Assembly: GCA_002189035.1 (NCBI GenBank)
Contig: CM007990.1
Location: 62,001-126,000, forward strand
Direction of reading: 5' to 3'
Source of the DNA: Utricularia gibba
Lineage: Eukaryota > Plantae > Magnoliophyta
Length of the DNA: 64,000 nucleotides
Below are positions 12,925-24,496 of this stretch, one piece after another. A program made the position numbers and the translations under genes. The notes below the pieces were generated by a model, which saw only the letters and a program-made list of their open reading frames with translations, was not told the origin of the DNA and did not search any database. How positions within the stretch are numbered: the first letter of the stretch is position 1; each line of letters begins with the position of its first letter.

Positions 12925-14181
12925 ATGGCTGTACAGATAAATGCATCTGCAGTTGCTCTGCTCCCAAGTGCTTATGTTTCTCCATGTAATCATGCTTGTC
13001 GACGGCGTTTCCCGTTTACAGGGGCAGCCGGAATGCCAGAAAGGGCTTTTTTGAAGTCTACATTTTCGGTGAAGAGCAACCGGAATACCGAAAATTTGGG
13101 AAGGGTTGAAGAGGAGATTTATGGAGCAGTGGGTGAAGAACCCTCCGCCGTGACGTCTCTGTATTCTTTCTCCCCCGTTTCATTACTTCTTTTTGGTGCT
13201 CTGCCTGGAGGTAAATCATGGATTCCCAGCACTCGTCTTGATCCCCATCGATTGGCTTATCCCAAATTTTTATGCACTTAAAAAATCTTGCAAGTTTTCA
13301 TGACTATCAGCTGGCACTTTGAGGACGATTTTCGGGCCATTCGTGGAGCTCGTCAAGTCCTGGGATCTCCCCGAGTGGCTGGTGCATTGGGGCCACCCCG
13401 GCAACATGGTGCATCACTTGTTTCTCCACGCAGTTTTGATAATCCGTGTTCCCTGCATTGCAACTTGCTTCTTCTGCAGGCCGTGGTGCTCTTTGCAATG
13501 GGAGGCTATGGAACTTATCTCGGTTTTCGTATACGTTTCTCCGATAACCCGGTGCGTAACAGTGATTATGTTGCTGTATGTTTCAACTTCAACAGAAGAA
13601 AAAGTTTGGTTGGTGGCGGTGTGTCGTAGGAGGAGAAGGCGATGGCAAGGGGTTTGCACCCGAAGCTGTTGGGAGGAATGTTCTTTTTCTTTGCCCTTGG
13701 AGCCACGGGAGGAATCACATCCCTTCTTACTTCCGATAAGCCTATCCTAGAAAGGTAGGCACATGCTGCTGTCGCAGTATCCTTCGCTATGTAAACTTCA
13801 GAGACCTTCAACATGCGGTGGAAGATAGATGTAACTGTAGGGACTGTTTATTGCAACGGCTCATTTATGACTGATTCTTTGTATCCTGTAGCCCTCATGC
13901 TGTTACTGGCTTCATCGGGCTGGCTCTTCTCACAATCCAGACTCTGTTGCCTGCATTCTTCCAGGTGCGCCTCGTTGACAACCAACGCTGCTGCTCTTCT
14001 TCTTTTGTCACCCAAATTGCATCAAAAGGATATATGTATATAATACTGCTGTAGATGAGCATCTCTTGTGCGGCAGGGCAATTCTGGGCTGAGAAATGTC
14101 CATGGAGTATTGGGGAGCGGAATCATGACTTTGTTCCTCCTCCACGCCCTTGTTGGACTCCAGCTGGGCTTAACTTACTAG
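12925..14181 (+). CDS. Chloroplast membrane protein of the DUF4079 / cytochrome b561-like family (At3g61870-like), 6 exons
   Basis: Transit-peptide-like N-terminus. Spliced exons read WDLPEWLVHWGHPGNM/AVVLFAMGGYGTYLGFRIRFS/LHPKLLGGMFFFFALGATGGITSLLTSDKP/PHAVTGFIGL/LRNVHGVLGSGIMTLFLLHALVGLQLGLTY*. Family assignment is from recalled homology. Confidence 0.85.
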
Positions 14182-14551
14182 GCGCCGCGTCACCATCTCA
14201 TTCTCATGGTTTCGTCTTCTTTCGCATCTGTTCAAGACATGGAGGCTGTTTAGCCATCTTCGCAGATTCATTCACCCTGATTCCTATAAAGAGATTCACC
14301 CCCTAACTAAACGATTCAAAGTGTCACCTGAGATTCACAAAAACATGGTGTCTTGATCAACCAAACTCTAGTTACCCAGATTCCCACACGAACAAAGGAA
14401 GCCCCTGGCCTTCTGCTACTAGGCTCACCTATGCATCAACAGATCACCCAGATTATGTGGGGTTTAAAACTTGGCAGGCTGCAGACTTTCCAATGGGGGA
14501 TACCTACCGATTTCGCTATCCCCCTGAAGCTGGTTCCGGTTTGTTGCAAAT

Positions 14552-14758
14552 TTGCATCTTCTGATCAAGGAGGTAGTCGATCTGAACAAGATGGCATTGG
14601 GACTCCACCTGACACACACCATAAATTTCCAGAACCCTGGAAGGGCGACTCGCAAATCAGATTTGATCATTGAGCTCAAGAAAATTTTAGAGCCGTTGAG
14701 CATTAAATACCACCTTCCGCCTCGGGAAGTGCACGTCAGATATCTCGTAGCACCATGA
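14552..14758 (+). pseudogene. Isolated remnant of the C-terminus of a mechanosensitive channel MscS-like (MSL9/10-type) gene
   Basis: Translation HLLIKEVVDLNKMALGLHLTHTINFQNPGRATRKSDLIIELKKILEPLSIKYHLPPREVHV matches the recalled plant MSL C-terminal pattern (VVKEIE.VNKMKMALY.THTINFQNYGEK..RRSELVLELKKIFE.L.IKYHLLPQEVH). There is an in-frame TGA at 14525 and no upstream MSL exons are visible. Confidence 0.7.
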
Positions 14759-14916
14759 AATTAGGGGAAAAAAAAGCTTCTCTTATGACTCTGAGCCTAT
14801 TTTTTTCAAATTATGTATCAGCAGGTGATGTGCAAAACAAAATAAAAAATGGCCCAATCAACCATGTGTTGGAAGGGGGAAAAAAAAACCCACTATGACA
14901 TATTTACCTGCTGTAC

Positions 14917-17075
14917 TCAGTGTGTATGGAGCTTTGAAATCGTATCAAGTAGAAATCGTGTCTCTGTGGAAAAGTTCACCTTCTCTGCTTTGACAACTGT
15001 GACTTTCACTTTCTGCTCATCGCCATATAATTCCTCCTTGACCTTAAGCTTCATGACAAACTCGGTGAAAAGACAGTTTCTAATGATTTCACTAAATTTG
15101 CTATCTTCTTCTTCCTCGTATCTAAGCATGTACAACTCTTTGGCAGGGCGTCCTATAATCTCCTCACCAGTTTCTTGGAAAGCAGTTACCCATGTCAATC
15201 CTGTGTGATCCTGAACCTGTATCTGAAGAAGGTATCTGTAGTCACACTCCTCGAGTTCTTGATTACACCTATCACAGAGCCACTTTGAGTTGCCTGACTT
15301 CGTCACTTTCTTGTTGCATCGTTTGTCACCAATCATCAAAGGGCAAGCTGTGTAACAGAAGGTGTCTGTTTTAATGAACGATATGGTTGCCTTGACTATA
15401 ATCCAATCCGCTCTCTCTGACCTCCCAAGGCCTTCATCCTTAATCTGTGCTAAGCTCTTACGTACCTCGTTATTGATTCCTCCAGGCATGATGTCTCTGG
15501 ATATAGAATGACACGCAGCATCTTTTCCAACTTGGTGAAACCAATCCCTCAGGCTGCTAGCCTCGGGAAATTCAGGATTTATGAACAACTGAGTGGAGGA
15601 TATGGCACTAATAGTCTTCCCACTGAAGTCATTAACCATTCCAGCTTTAACGGCTAGGATAGGAAAGCTTCCTGTTTCAATTATTTCTTGCAAAGTCGTG
15701 CCTTCTCTATTACAAAAGTCTCCCCATAATGTGAGCTCAACACTTCGCTCAGATTGGTCCTTCAAAATCAGAATTCTCCTCTGCGTTTCCAATCCATTTT
15801 TTCTCAGGACAGGAACAGATGGATTGACAGTTATCACAACACCAATTACATCCAGTATGGATTTACTTGCAGCATGTTCAATTTCTCCAATTGTTTTAAA
15901 CGTAAACTGCTGCCTTGGAATTGAAGCATCTTCATCTGTACACGGCTCCACCAATGATGCGGCTTCCAAAAGAATCTCCCACTCATTCTTCAGGTGGTTA
16001 AAGTTCTTCTGAGAAGGTTTCAAGCTACCCTTTGAGATTACATACACTTTTCCGACTTCAATAACGCCATAAAAGCGGTCAACCACAGAATTGAAGCAGG
16101 TTGCCCTGATTTCCCCTCCATCTGAATCTAACAAATCAAAAGAGAATACTTTCCCATCACCTCTTGCATTGTTATAGCGACGTATATCTCCTTTTGCTGT
16201 AACTCTTGCCTTGATGGCCCAACGTCCTTGATAAGGATTCAAAGCAGCAATTGGGATGATACGCGCGGGAGCCTCATTCTTCATGATTGCTCCACGATTT
16301 TTATAATTTGGAGGTGGTTGATATGGCGGTTGAGCAGTCGCAGGGAAACCTTGGATGCCAGTTTCAGCATTTCGGGAACTTGCAGCTTTGCCATTGCTAA
16401 AATTTGTCTTCCCTGAACCTGGAGCCACAAAACTGTTCTTGCCAATATGAGGTGTGAACCCAGAGGCCGTAGCAGGCACTGGCTTCTGTGGCACTGCATC
16501 ACATTCAACTAGCATATCTGGTTTCCCAATTATATCACAATCTTGAATTATTGTCTCCATGTTTAGCACCACAATAATCCTACAAGCACAAACATATCAC
16601 CTAAGCCACTTAGAAACAAACTCCGAAAGAGATCAGTAAAATTGAACTCTATCCCTCAATCGAAAAGAAAAGTACACGGATTTCTCAAGAATTTCTCGCA
16701 GATTCAGTTATAGACATCCATATTAACCTGCTAACTCCTAAAATCGTACGTCCTAGACAGATTCTGACCGAGTCAAAATTGTAGAAATCGGAAGCAAAAG
16801 AAAAGATTGGCTTACTTGCGGTTCTGGACGGTGCTGCAAATGTAATCGATGAGCTGAATTACGGATCCCTTCCGGACGCTTCCAGTCTTGACACGATCAT
16901 TGAGTTGCGTCGCAAGCATGGCATGCTGAGTGGCCACGGAATCCGAGAGGAGGAAGCGATAGCGTTCCTGCGTGGATCCTATGAGCTTGATGTCCACCAC
17001 CTGGACAAGTGGCTTGGAGTTGACATCACCGGCGTTGATCGCCGGAATGGCGTTCGTCGTCAGTTTGATCGACAT
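14917..17075 (-). CDS. RPA1A: Replication protein A 70 kDa subunit A, 2 exons
   Basis: N-terminal OB fold (KPLVQVVDIK...ERYRFLLSDS), DBD-A (IIPIAALNPYQGRWAIKARVTAKG, GKVFSFDLLDSDGGEIRATCFN) and a C4 zinc motif (ACP...CNKK...CDRC). Intron about 16581-16815. Confidence 0.95.
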
Positions 17076-17203
17076 TTGTTCGTCGTCACCTGAATTGTCC
17101 CCGGGAGGCCTTGCTCAAGAAAACATATTTTAGTTTGCTACCGATGCGGCTCATTAATGATTTTCTATTTGGGTGGTGCCTCGGCCCATTAATTATTTTC
17201 TAT

Positions 17204-17211
17204 TTTCGCGG
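17204..17211 (+). promoter_or_regulatory. E2F consensus site upstream of RPA1A
   Basis: TTTCGCGG matches TTTSSCGS, about 130 bp upstream of the RPA1A ATG and next to GGCCCA site II motifs. This fits an S-phase gene. Confidence 0.5.
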
Positions 17212-18004
17212 TTGGCCCGGCCCAATTTCATTTCGTACGAGACGAGGGAATTATGTGTTAATCCTGATTTGCACCAAATAATTAATTAATGATTGAGAAT
17301 GATTAGTTGAATCAATCAGTTAGGAGTCACTGGTTTATGACATCATGACATTGCTTTCTGAGGTTTGGGTGTTCAAGTGTCCTCCTCACCCACCCAAAAC
17401 TTTGAATGTTCCATATTTCCTTGTCGGTGTCGAACCAAGTAGCAGCCAGCCATGTTGCTGACACGTAGCTCGACCGGGGATCGCGGGTTTCCAGGCTAGT
17501 GAGGCCTCCACGCTCTAATCCGAAAGTAGCAGACAGGGAGAAGAAATTTGGTTGGAGAAGAAAAAAGCGAGTGAGGATAAATACAAAGAAATGTGTGTCG
17601 CCAAAGTGCTCGTTGTGCAAGAGCTTTCGGCGTCCCTGAAATTGAGATGCCACGTTGAGTGATGATTATCAGGGATCTTCGATGATTAGTGGGGCATGTG
17701 GGGAGGCAACCCTGAGACACATCAAATCATATACTGTAGCCTGCCACAACACATCCTTCTGTGGAAGATAATGCATTTTTTTTTAATAAACCCGTATGCG
17801 CATATGCTTATATGCATACCGACTTCACGCTCTAGACAATACATAATCTGAAAACGTTGTGCGAGATAGCCTTCGCTTGTTTTGTCTGTGTGGTGGGATC
17901 CCCAGCAATGCACCTGTCCTCCTATTCCTCTACTGTTTATTTATAGCCAGGGACATGACACTCAACCAGTTGGCAGTTTCGTGCTGAACGAACACTCATT
18001 CTTC

Positions 18005-19272
18005 ATGGCTGCAACCCTTTTTGTTGCTACTTGTATGTTCATTGTTTTGTCAGCCGCTGCAGATCAGCCACCGTCGCCGGGCGTCTACCTCAGTGGCCGC
18101 TTCCCCTCACGCAGTTTTGACGGCGCGTTTAGGAACCTCTGGGGATCAAGTCATCAGAGAGTTGATAGTAATGGCCTCACTATCTGGCTCGACCGGACCT
18201 CAGGTTTCATTATGCGCATCCCTTCACCCATTACTCTCTCTAACTCTAGGAGTTCGGGGTGCCCTGAATATTTTCGTCTGGTGTCAAAACTAAACGACTT
18301 TGTTACTATAGGAAGCGGGTTCAAGTCGTTGCAGCCGTTTCAGTCCGGGTACTTCGGAGCATCCATCAAGCTCCAGTCGGGTTACACTGCCGGAGTCATC
18401 ACAACTTTATATGTGAGATTCATGCAACCAAGATTCATTACCCTAACAAGTAACATACATTCCAGCTTAAAGGTACATTTTGTGTAGCTATCGAACAACC
18501 AAGATTACCCGGGAAACCATGACGAGATCGACATCGAGTTCCTGGGTACCACATTCGGAGAACCCTACACGCTTCAGACGAATATCTATGTACAAGGCAG
18601 CGGGGATGGAAGGCTGATCGGGAGAGAAATGAGATACCATCTCTGGTTCGATCCCACACAAGACTTCCATCGTTATTCCATTCTGTGGACTCCCAACGAA
18701 ATCATGTAACCCTCTCTCCCTCTCTCTTTCGTTGCTGCATATAACATGCAGAAGAGTGTGTGTTAGGTAGAATTTCGTATTCCTCATGGCATGCTAGCTA
18801 TATTTTCCAACATTTGGATTGCAATAGACGATCAAAGAGTGGTGCAGTGCAGTATAAGTATAACCTTCTCGCATTTTCATACTGTGGGATAAATGCATTC
18901 AGATTCTTCGTGGATGATGTGCCCATACGAAGTTACCCTAAGAAGATTAGTTCAACATTTCCTCAAAGGCCAATGTGGGTGTACGGATCCATATGGGATG
19001 CGTCCTCATGGGCCACCGACAACGGCAGATACAAGGCCGACTACCAGTACGAGCCATTCGTTGCCAACTTCAAGGATTTCAAGGTGAGTGGCTGCAGCAG
19101 CGGCAGTGTTGGAGGGGTATGCCGCCCCGATTCCGTGTCCCCGTCCCCCTCCGGCGGCCTTACGGGGCAGCAGAGGGCCGCAATGCAATGGGCCAGCCGG
19201 TATATGGTATATGATTATTGCAGGGACAATTCAAAGGACCATTCGCTGACGCCAGAATGTGGCTCGCGTTGA
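18005..19272 (+). CDS. XTH32: Xyloglucan endotransglucosylase/hydrolase, group III-A (XTH31/32-like), 4 exons
   Basis: Signal peptide, QPPSPG N-terminus, catalytic [10 protein letters not shown] at about 18518-18547, [14 protein letters not shown], and C-terminal YDYCRD...TPEC. Confidence 0.92.
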
Positions 19273-20315
19273 TTTCTTCAATGTTGTGGTGCTGCTGCAA
19301 GTGTCGGCAAGCGACACTTTATCTGCTACCGGTTGATTCCCTATTTTGTGCTGCTTTTGTCAACCCCCTCTCCATACCTCTTTCACATGTACCTGCTTTA
19401 TTCTGTACGAACGGTGTGAGCTCTTGTGCTTTTCCAACAGTGTCCTCCTTTCCCCAACATTTTTCACTTCAATGCATGGGGACCCATTCACGATTAATAA
19501 TGGTATGAATATTTTATCACATTGCTACATTGGAAACCAGTCTATGCCGAGCACAACCCATGTAGACTCTTCCATGAACAAACAAGAAAACCTTCATCGT
19601 CATCTATATCACAACCTGAGTAGAGAACACTGCCAAGATATGCATTCAAGAAAAGGGAAATACAATACTCCTTTCTCCTGCTGCTGCTGCTGCTGCTGCT
19701 GATAAAGATCATGGAGAGTCGTCATGTTGGATGCTGGACGTCAGCATGGCTCATTATCCTCATGTTGGCAAGAAGAAGACGGCACGTTGGGATAGTAGGG
19801 CTGGGTTTCCCTTCCTTGCAGTGTCGATAGCTATCCAAATGACAATAGTACACCCAATAACTTATCCGACTGAAAAATCATATCAACTCAATGATATCCA
19901 CATTATTTATTTATTCATTATTTGAAAAAGACACCAAATGTGCGGATTCTTTGCCGTGTGTCACACATGTATCATCAACAATTGGAGCACAACCTTACTT
20001 AGCCCACCTTCTCTTCTTTTTTTAATGGACAATGATGCTGCGTTATATACACGTCTGTCGATGTGGGCCCCATGGTCAGCCCAAAGGTCTAATTTGAGCC
20101 CAATACTGGGTAATCGTGTTGGCGGTTCGGCCCATTTGTAAGCTGTCCCCTCTTGGCTCCCTTTTTTCTGGCGTGTGCTTGCAGACGACAACTGCGATCG
20201 ACCAGGTTCTTAGCCTCGGCTCCCCAATTTTCCTTGTGGTTCCGTTATCTTCGATTCGTGAGTGTTAAAAGGTAAGCCGCATCGTTTAATTCTGAAAAGG
20301 CGATTTCTCGTCGGC

Positions 20316-22047
20316 ATGTCGGACATTCCTTTTAGTAGTTCGGAGACGCCATCGAAGTCGGCGGATTTCAAACCTGGAATTCGGGTAGTATGCCGAGTGT
20401 AAGTTCTCTCTACTTGATTCCATATGGTCTATGTGCCAATCGCTGTGGATTTATTGATTCAGGAACGAATAAATGCTCTTTATCGTGCTGCAGTTGTGAA
20501 AAGCAGTTTTCTCAATATACATGCCCGCGGTGCAACATACGGTATTGTTCTCTGCATTGCTACAAGGTGCGACCCATGTTTGCAGCTCCTCTTTTTTTTC
20601 GTTGGTCCAAGTTAGTCGCATATCGTGTGATATTTCAGCTTGATGATATTTGGGTGATGCTATGCAGTCACATAGTCTCCGTTGCACTGAATCTTTTATG
20701 AGAGAGAATGTTATGGGAGAGCTGCAACATATGCAACCTGACGAAGGAGGTAGACTCAGAATGATGGACATACTAAAACGGCTCCACGAGCAGGAGGAAA
20801 CAGATAACTTTGATGAAGAGGGTATGATGATCATTACATTTCAATTAAGATTATCATTTACGTGTGTTTGTTATAAATGGATATTGTTTCTATTAATCTT
20901 ATTCATTCCTATTTCAGAGTCATCAATTTCGGAGGAAATCATTCAGAAGCTCCTTTCAGGTGTGCCACATTTCAAGATTTGATCGTGTCTGGTTTTGGGA
21001 TGATGTGTTTTAACTTCGGTTTTCATTACTCTTGCAGGTACCTTGATAAGCTTCGATGACTTGTCTATTGAAGAAAAGAAACGTTTCAACAGGGCTGTTG
21101 CCACTGGAGAACTAAGCAGGTTGATTGCACCTTGGGATCCTTGGTGGTTAAAGCCGTCAGCAAGACACATATCTCTTAGTGGGGATGGAACACAACTAGT
21201 CCAACCACTTGAGCTTAGTGGATCATCAGAAAATAATATCAAAAGTGATCAGTTGCATGAAATGCCTTTGGGGCCGGAAACACCATTACCATCAGTTGGG
21301 AAACTCACGTCCACAGCTCCTTCACCATTCTTGTCAATCCATCTCATCGACATCATCTATAGCTACTGCTTCACCCTTCGTCTCTACAATGGAGACTGGA
21401 AGGCAGATGCCTTGGAAGCATGCTCCGTTTTTTTGAGTATATCTTCACTGTTGGGCGAAGGTTCGCTGCCAGAGAGTGTGCAGGAAGCCTTGCTGAATTG
21501 CTTGGAGCACACATGTTCTCCGGCTTACAGGCAGATTGGTGGCTTACACTTGGGGTTAAGACTTGTGGATGACGCTATCCATATTCTTCATCTCGGAGGT
21601 GCTGCTTTGGTTTGTTTGCTCTGTGATCTGCAGAGAATGATTCAGACTGCAGAGAGGGAATTAAAGTTGGAGAGAAGACGTCAAACGAGGATGGTGGGAT
21701 CCAGGAGTAAGCTCAAGTGTGCAGTTCGGAAAGTTTATTTCTTCACGTGTTGGGTTCATGAGCAGCCGTCCGATTTATGGCCTTCGTTAGCAGCCATTGT
21801 TAAGGCTGAGAAAGCTTCACTGTCAGAACACAGTAACAAGAATATCTTGGGATCGGCACACAAAACTTACACGAGAGGGAAGCCTATGATTACAGAGGTA
21901 CAGCTGCTGTCGTCTTTCCCCATGTTCCATACATTTGTCGGCCATGAGATATCATGCATCGGTTTTTGCAATACAGGTGTAAGGCGCGGTTGGGCCAAGG
22001 GCCAAATTCATCAACTGATTTACAAATCCACCAGTTTCTTGCATTAA
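20316..22047 (+). CDS. ZNHIT2: Zinc finger HIT domain-containing protein 2-like
   Basis: Spliced zf-HIT reads CRVCEKQFSQYTCPRCNIRYCSLHCYK/SHSLRCTESF, followed by LIDIIYSYCFTLRLYNGDW. The true C-terminus is uncertain; a possible donor follows MITE at about 21898. Confidence 0.85.
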
Positions 22048-22742
22048 CCTGTTGCGGTAAGGCGTAGTGAAACAATGATCATCTACATGACCGAGGGCAA
22101 ACATTAGGCTACTGTTTCACGAGCAGCAGTCAAATATCTCCATTCGCTTCTGTTTCAGGATGTTCTTCTTTACAGCGGACCCTTCATCGGGAAGCGTAGG
22201 CACCTCCATTATCTATGTTCAGGAAAAATGTATTGAGCATTCGTTCAAGAAATTGTCTCTGTTCTGTAAAAGCGGCGTCCAATGCTGAGTAGAGAGAGAC
22301 ACATGGACTGCACGGAGAGAGTTAGTGGCGGTTGTTCCGGTTTACCGACACCTGCTGAACGTTATTCTTTTCTGAGCAGGTGTCATCCCTTCAACTAAAG
22401 CCCAGGCTTTGATCCTCGTAATTGGATGCGGATTACTTGGTAAGCTTTTTGCCTCTTTCGTTTGTTGGGTCTTCGGGCCCCCCCTTGTGAACCCCCCGCA
22501 TGTACATTCAAGGTGAAATGACAGTAGAGCATGAAAGAATTATTTCGAGTGCTTCTTGTTCTAGCAATACAATAAAAGCAAGAGAATAAGCATTTCCCTC
22601 AACACGATCATTTTTATCATCCATGATCACCTGCATGCCCACAATAAGTAGCATTGGAAACAAGCAACAGGAGATGATTTCAGCTGTGAATGAGCTTACA
22701 TTGACCGATGTAATAACCATTGTGAGCTAGTCTTCTAGTCCC

Positions 22743-23505
22743 TCACTCTGCTTCTGCATTTTTCTTTTGTGTGCCACGGTCTGATTTTTCCTCTGCAATA
22801 ACACGTCCAGTCATCGGATTAACTGGCCTTGTATCTCGTGGGCCGCCCTTTCGTCCCATAGCTAACATGGGAGGCGGGGGAGTAATCCTGCTCGGAAGAG
22901 AAGGCGCTGAACAGGTTCTGAAGGTTGCGCACCAACAGAGAGCCAATATCTACATTTATATCATGTTAGAGACGAAACTAGAAGGCGGTGGTTATGCTAA
23001 GAGAGCCAAATTTCATGAGATACCCCCACCATCTCTCGTGACATTCATCCTCAAAACTATGAATGGGCGGTTCAAGCCATTCGCTTCAGTGAACAAACTA
23101 TGAATGCGCATAGAAACTCGTCAAACTACTCCATTGAAAAGCCCAAAACACCAACACAATAAGCTACATACGCAAGATCTAGAAACTAGGAAACATAATC
23201 ACATCATCACACAAGCTGTGTGTCAAAAACCACTTACTTTACCCTGTCAAAGTTGACACCCATTCTTTTGCCACCATCCTGACCTGCATGCCACATATGA
23301 TAGAACAATCATAAAAAGGAAATGCCTTTTCAATTCAGGTTCTTGAAAGATCAATTAACTCTCTCTCACACACCAGGCAGAGGATTGTAGTATCCAAAAC
23401 TTCCAAATGCTTGCCGTCTCTGGGGGAACGACTGTCCGCTGCCATGACTCGGTAGAACGGCTTATTTCGACATCCCAGTCTTGAAAGCCGCAAACGGACT
23501 ACCAT
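22743..23505 (-). CDS. RPS16: Nuclear-encoded organellar 30S ribosomal protein S16, 3 exons, with two apparent 1-nt deletions in this sequence
   Basis: [37 protein letters not shown] / [16 protein letters not shown] / [23 protein letters not shown]...[18 protein letters not shown]. One base must be restored near 23395 and one near 22878 to keep the frame. Confidence 0.88.
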
Positions 23506-23699
23506 TTTCGCACTTCTTCCCTCCACCCGCACAATTCAGTGACTTCCCAAAACCCTGGTGGATTGGGGAAAAATCGAATGGCGAAACGACAGCGTATCGC
23601 CTTCAGCCACAAATATACGGGCGGAGCCCATTAGGCCCAATTACTCCAACCCGAAAAAGCCCCTTTTAATGTGGGCCCTTCATGTCTGTGATGATATAT

Positions 23700-24055
23700 A
23701 AAATTTGTTTCTTAATTGGTTTTGGTTACCAAGTTATCGTTGCGAGGAAGAGCAATACGTTTTACATTGGAAAAGACACAGGATAGATAACACGAGTCGC
23801 TTGCTCGCTGCAAGGACAGGACGCCACCGTACACAGGATCGGAATGACACTCAAAGCTCCCCCATGGCGGCGCGTGGAAAGGGAAATTTGCCAAAGATAC
23901 AAGTTGCCCTATGTGACATCACCTGCACCACCTTAACCCCTACCATCCATTCATCATTCAGCCTGCTGCTGCTGCTGCTGCTGCTGCTCCACGGAAGTTG
24001 CTGCCTCCATCCGAAGATGAAGCCGCTGCTCCCAGTTGGAGGGGGTGGTATGATC
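23700..24055 (-). ncRNA. IPS1: IPS1/At4/TPSI1-like phosphate-starvation lncRNA (miR399 endogenous target mimic); ends approximate
   Basis: Minus-strand TAGGGCAACTTGTATCTTTGGCA at 23889-23911 resembles the recalled IPS1/At4 motif TAGGGCAACTTC(T/G)ATCCTTTGGCA. TATATAA at 24079-24085, P1BS GGATATGC at 24195-24202, only short ORFs, and no complementary arm that would make a miR399 precursor. Confidence 0.8.
23963..23989. repeat. (CTG)n/(CAG)n microsatellite inside the putative lncRNA
   Basis: cctgctgctgctgctgctgctgctgctcc, eight CAG units on the minus strand. Confidence 0.85.
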
Positions 24056-24078
24056 AAGTGCTGTTGGGGTTGGGATGC

Positions 24079-24202
24079 TTATATAGGCGACGGATGCTGA
24101 GAGGTCGTTATTGCAATGAAAGAAAAGAAGGGTTGGTTGTCATTCAACTTTTGAGTAATGGAAAAGTGTAAAGGGAAATGGGGTATCTTCCATGGGATAT
24201 GC
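24079..24202 (-). promoter_or_regulatory. TATA box plus PHR1-binding site (P1BS) of the IPS1-like locus
   Basis: TATATAA (minus strand, 24085-24079) and an exact GNATATNC match, GGATATGC (24195-24202). Confidence 0.65.
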
Positions 24203-24496
24203 TATATGCGCATCCTCATAAATACAGTTACTCTGCACCTGGAGTGCACCCTTTTCTTTAACCGGGTTTGATTCCTCGGATCTATCCCCGATGCTGCTTT
24301 TCAAAATACTCTTAACTGCAAGATGCTTATTGGGGTAGTGAGTGCTTGTCCATTTGCATACAATTTATCATATCATGTCCATATCCTTCCTTTCTCCAAG
24401 GACTTGGAGTACCATGAAGAATGGAACTATATCTCTGAATTCTGGAGATAACCGGAACTAATGCAACTCATTTACAAGAAACAAACACTCGCAGCG

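Noticed and set aside
18643-18655. GGTTCGATCCC resembling a tRNA T-loop
   Set aside because: It lies in the XTH exon (WFDPT codons) and no cloverleaf forms.
19677-19700. (CTG)n giving a poly-Cys end to ORF 19346-19702
   Set aside because: A microsatellite in the XTH 3' flank; the ORF has no protein-like features.
23889-23911. Plus-strand TGCCAAAG...GTTGCCCTA read as a miR399 precursor
   Set aside because: No complementary arm (GGGCAA...TTTGGCA) nearby, a central insertion relative to miR399, and a TATA box oriented to the minus strand. The mimic reading fits better.
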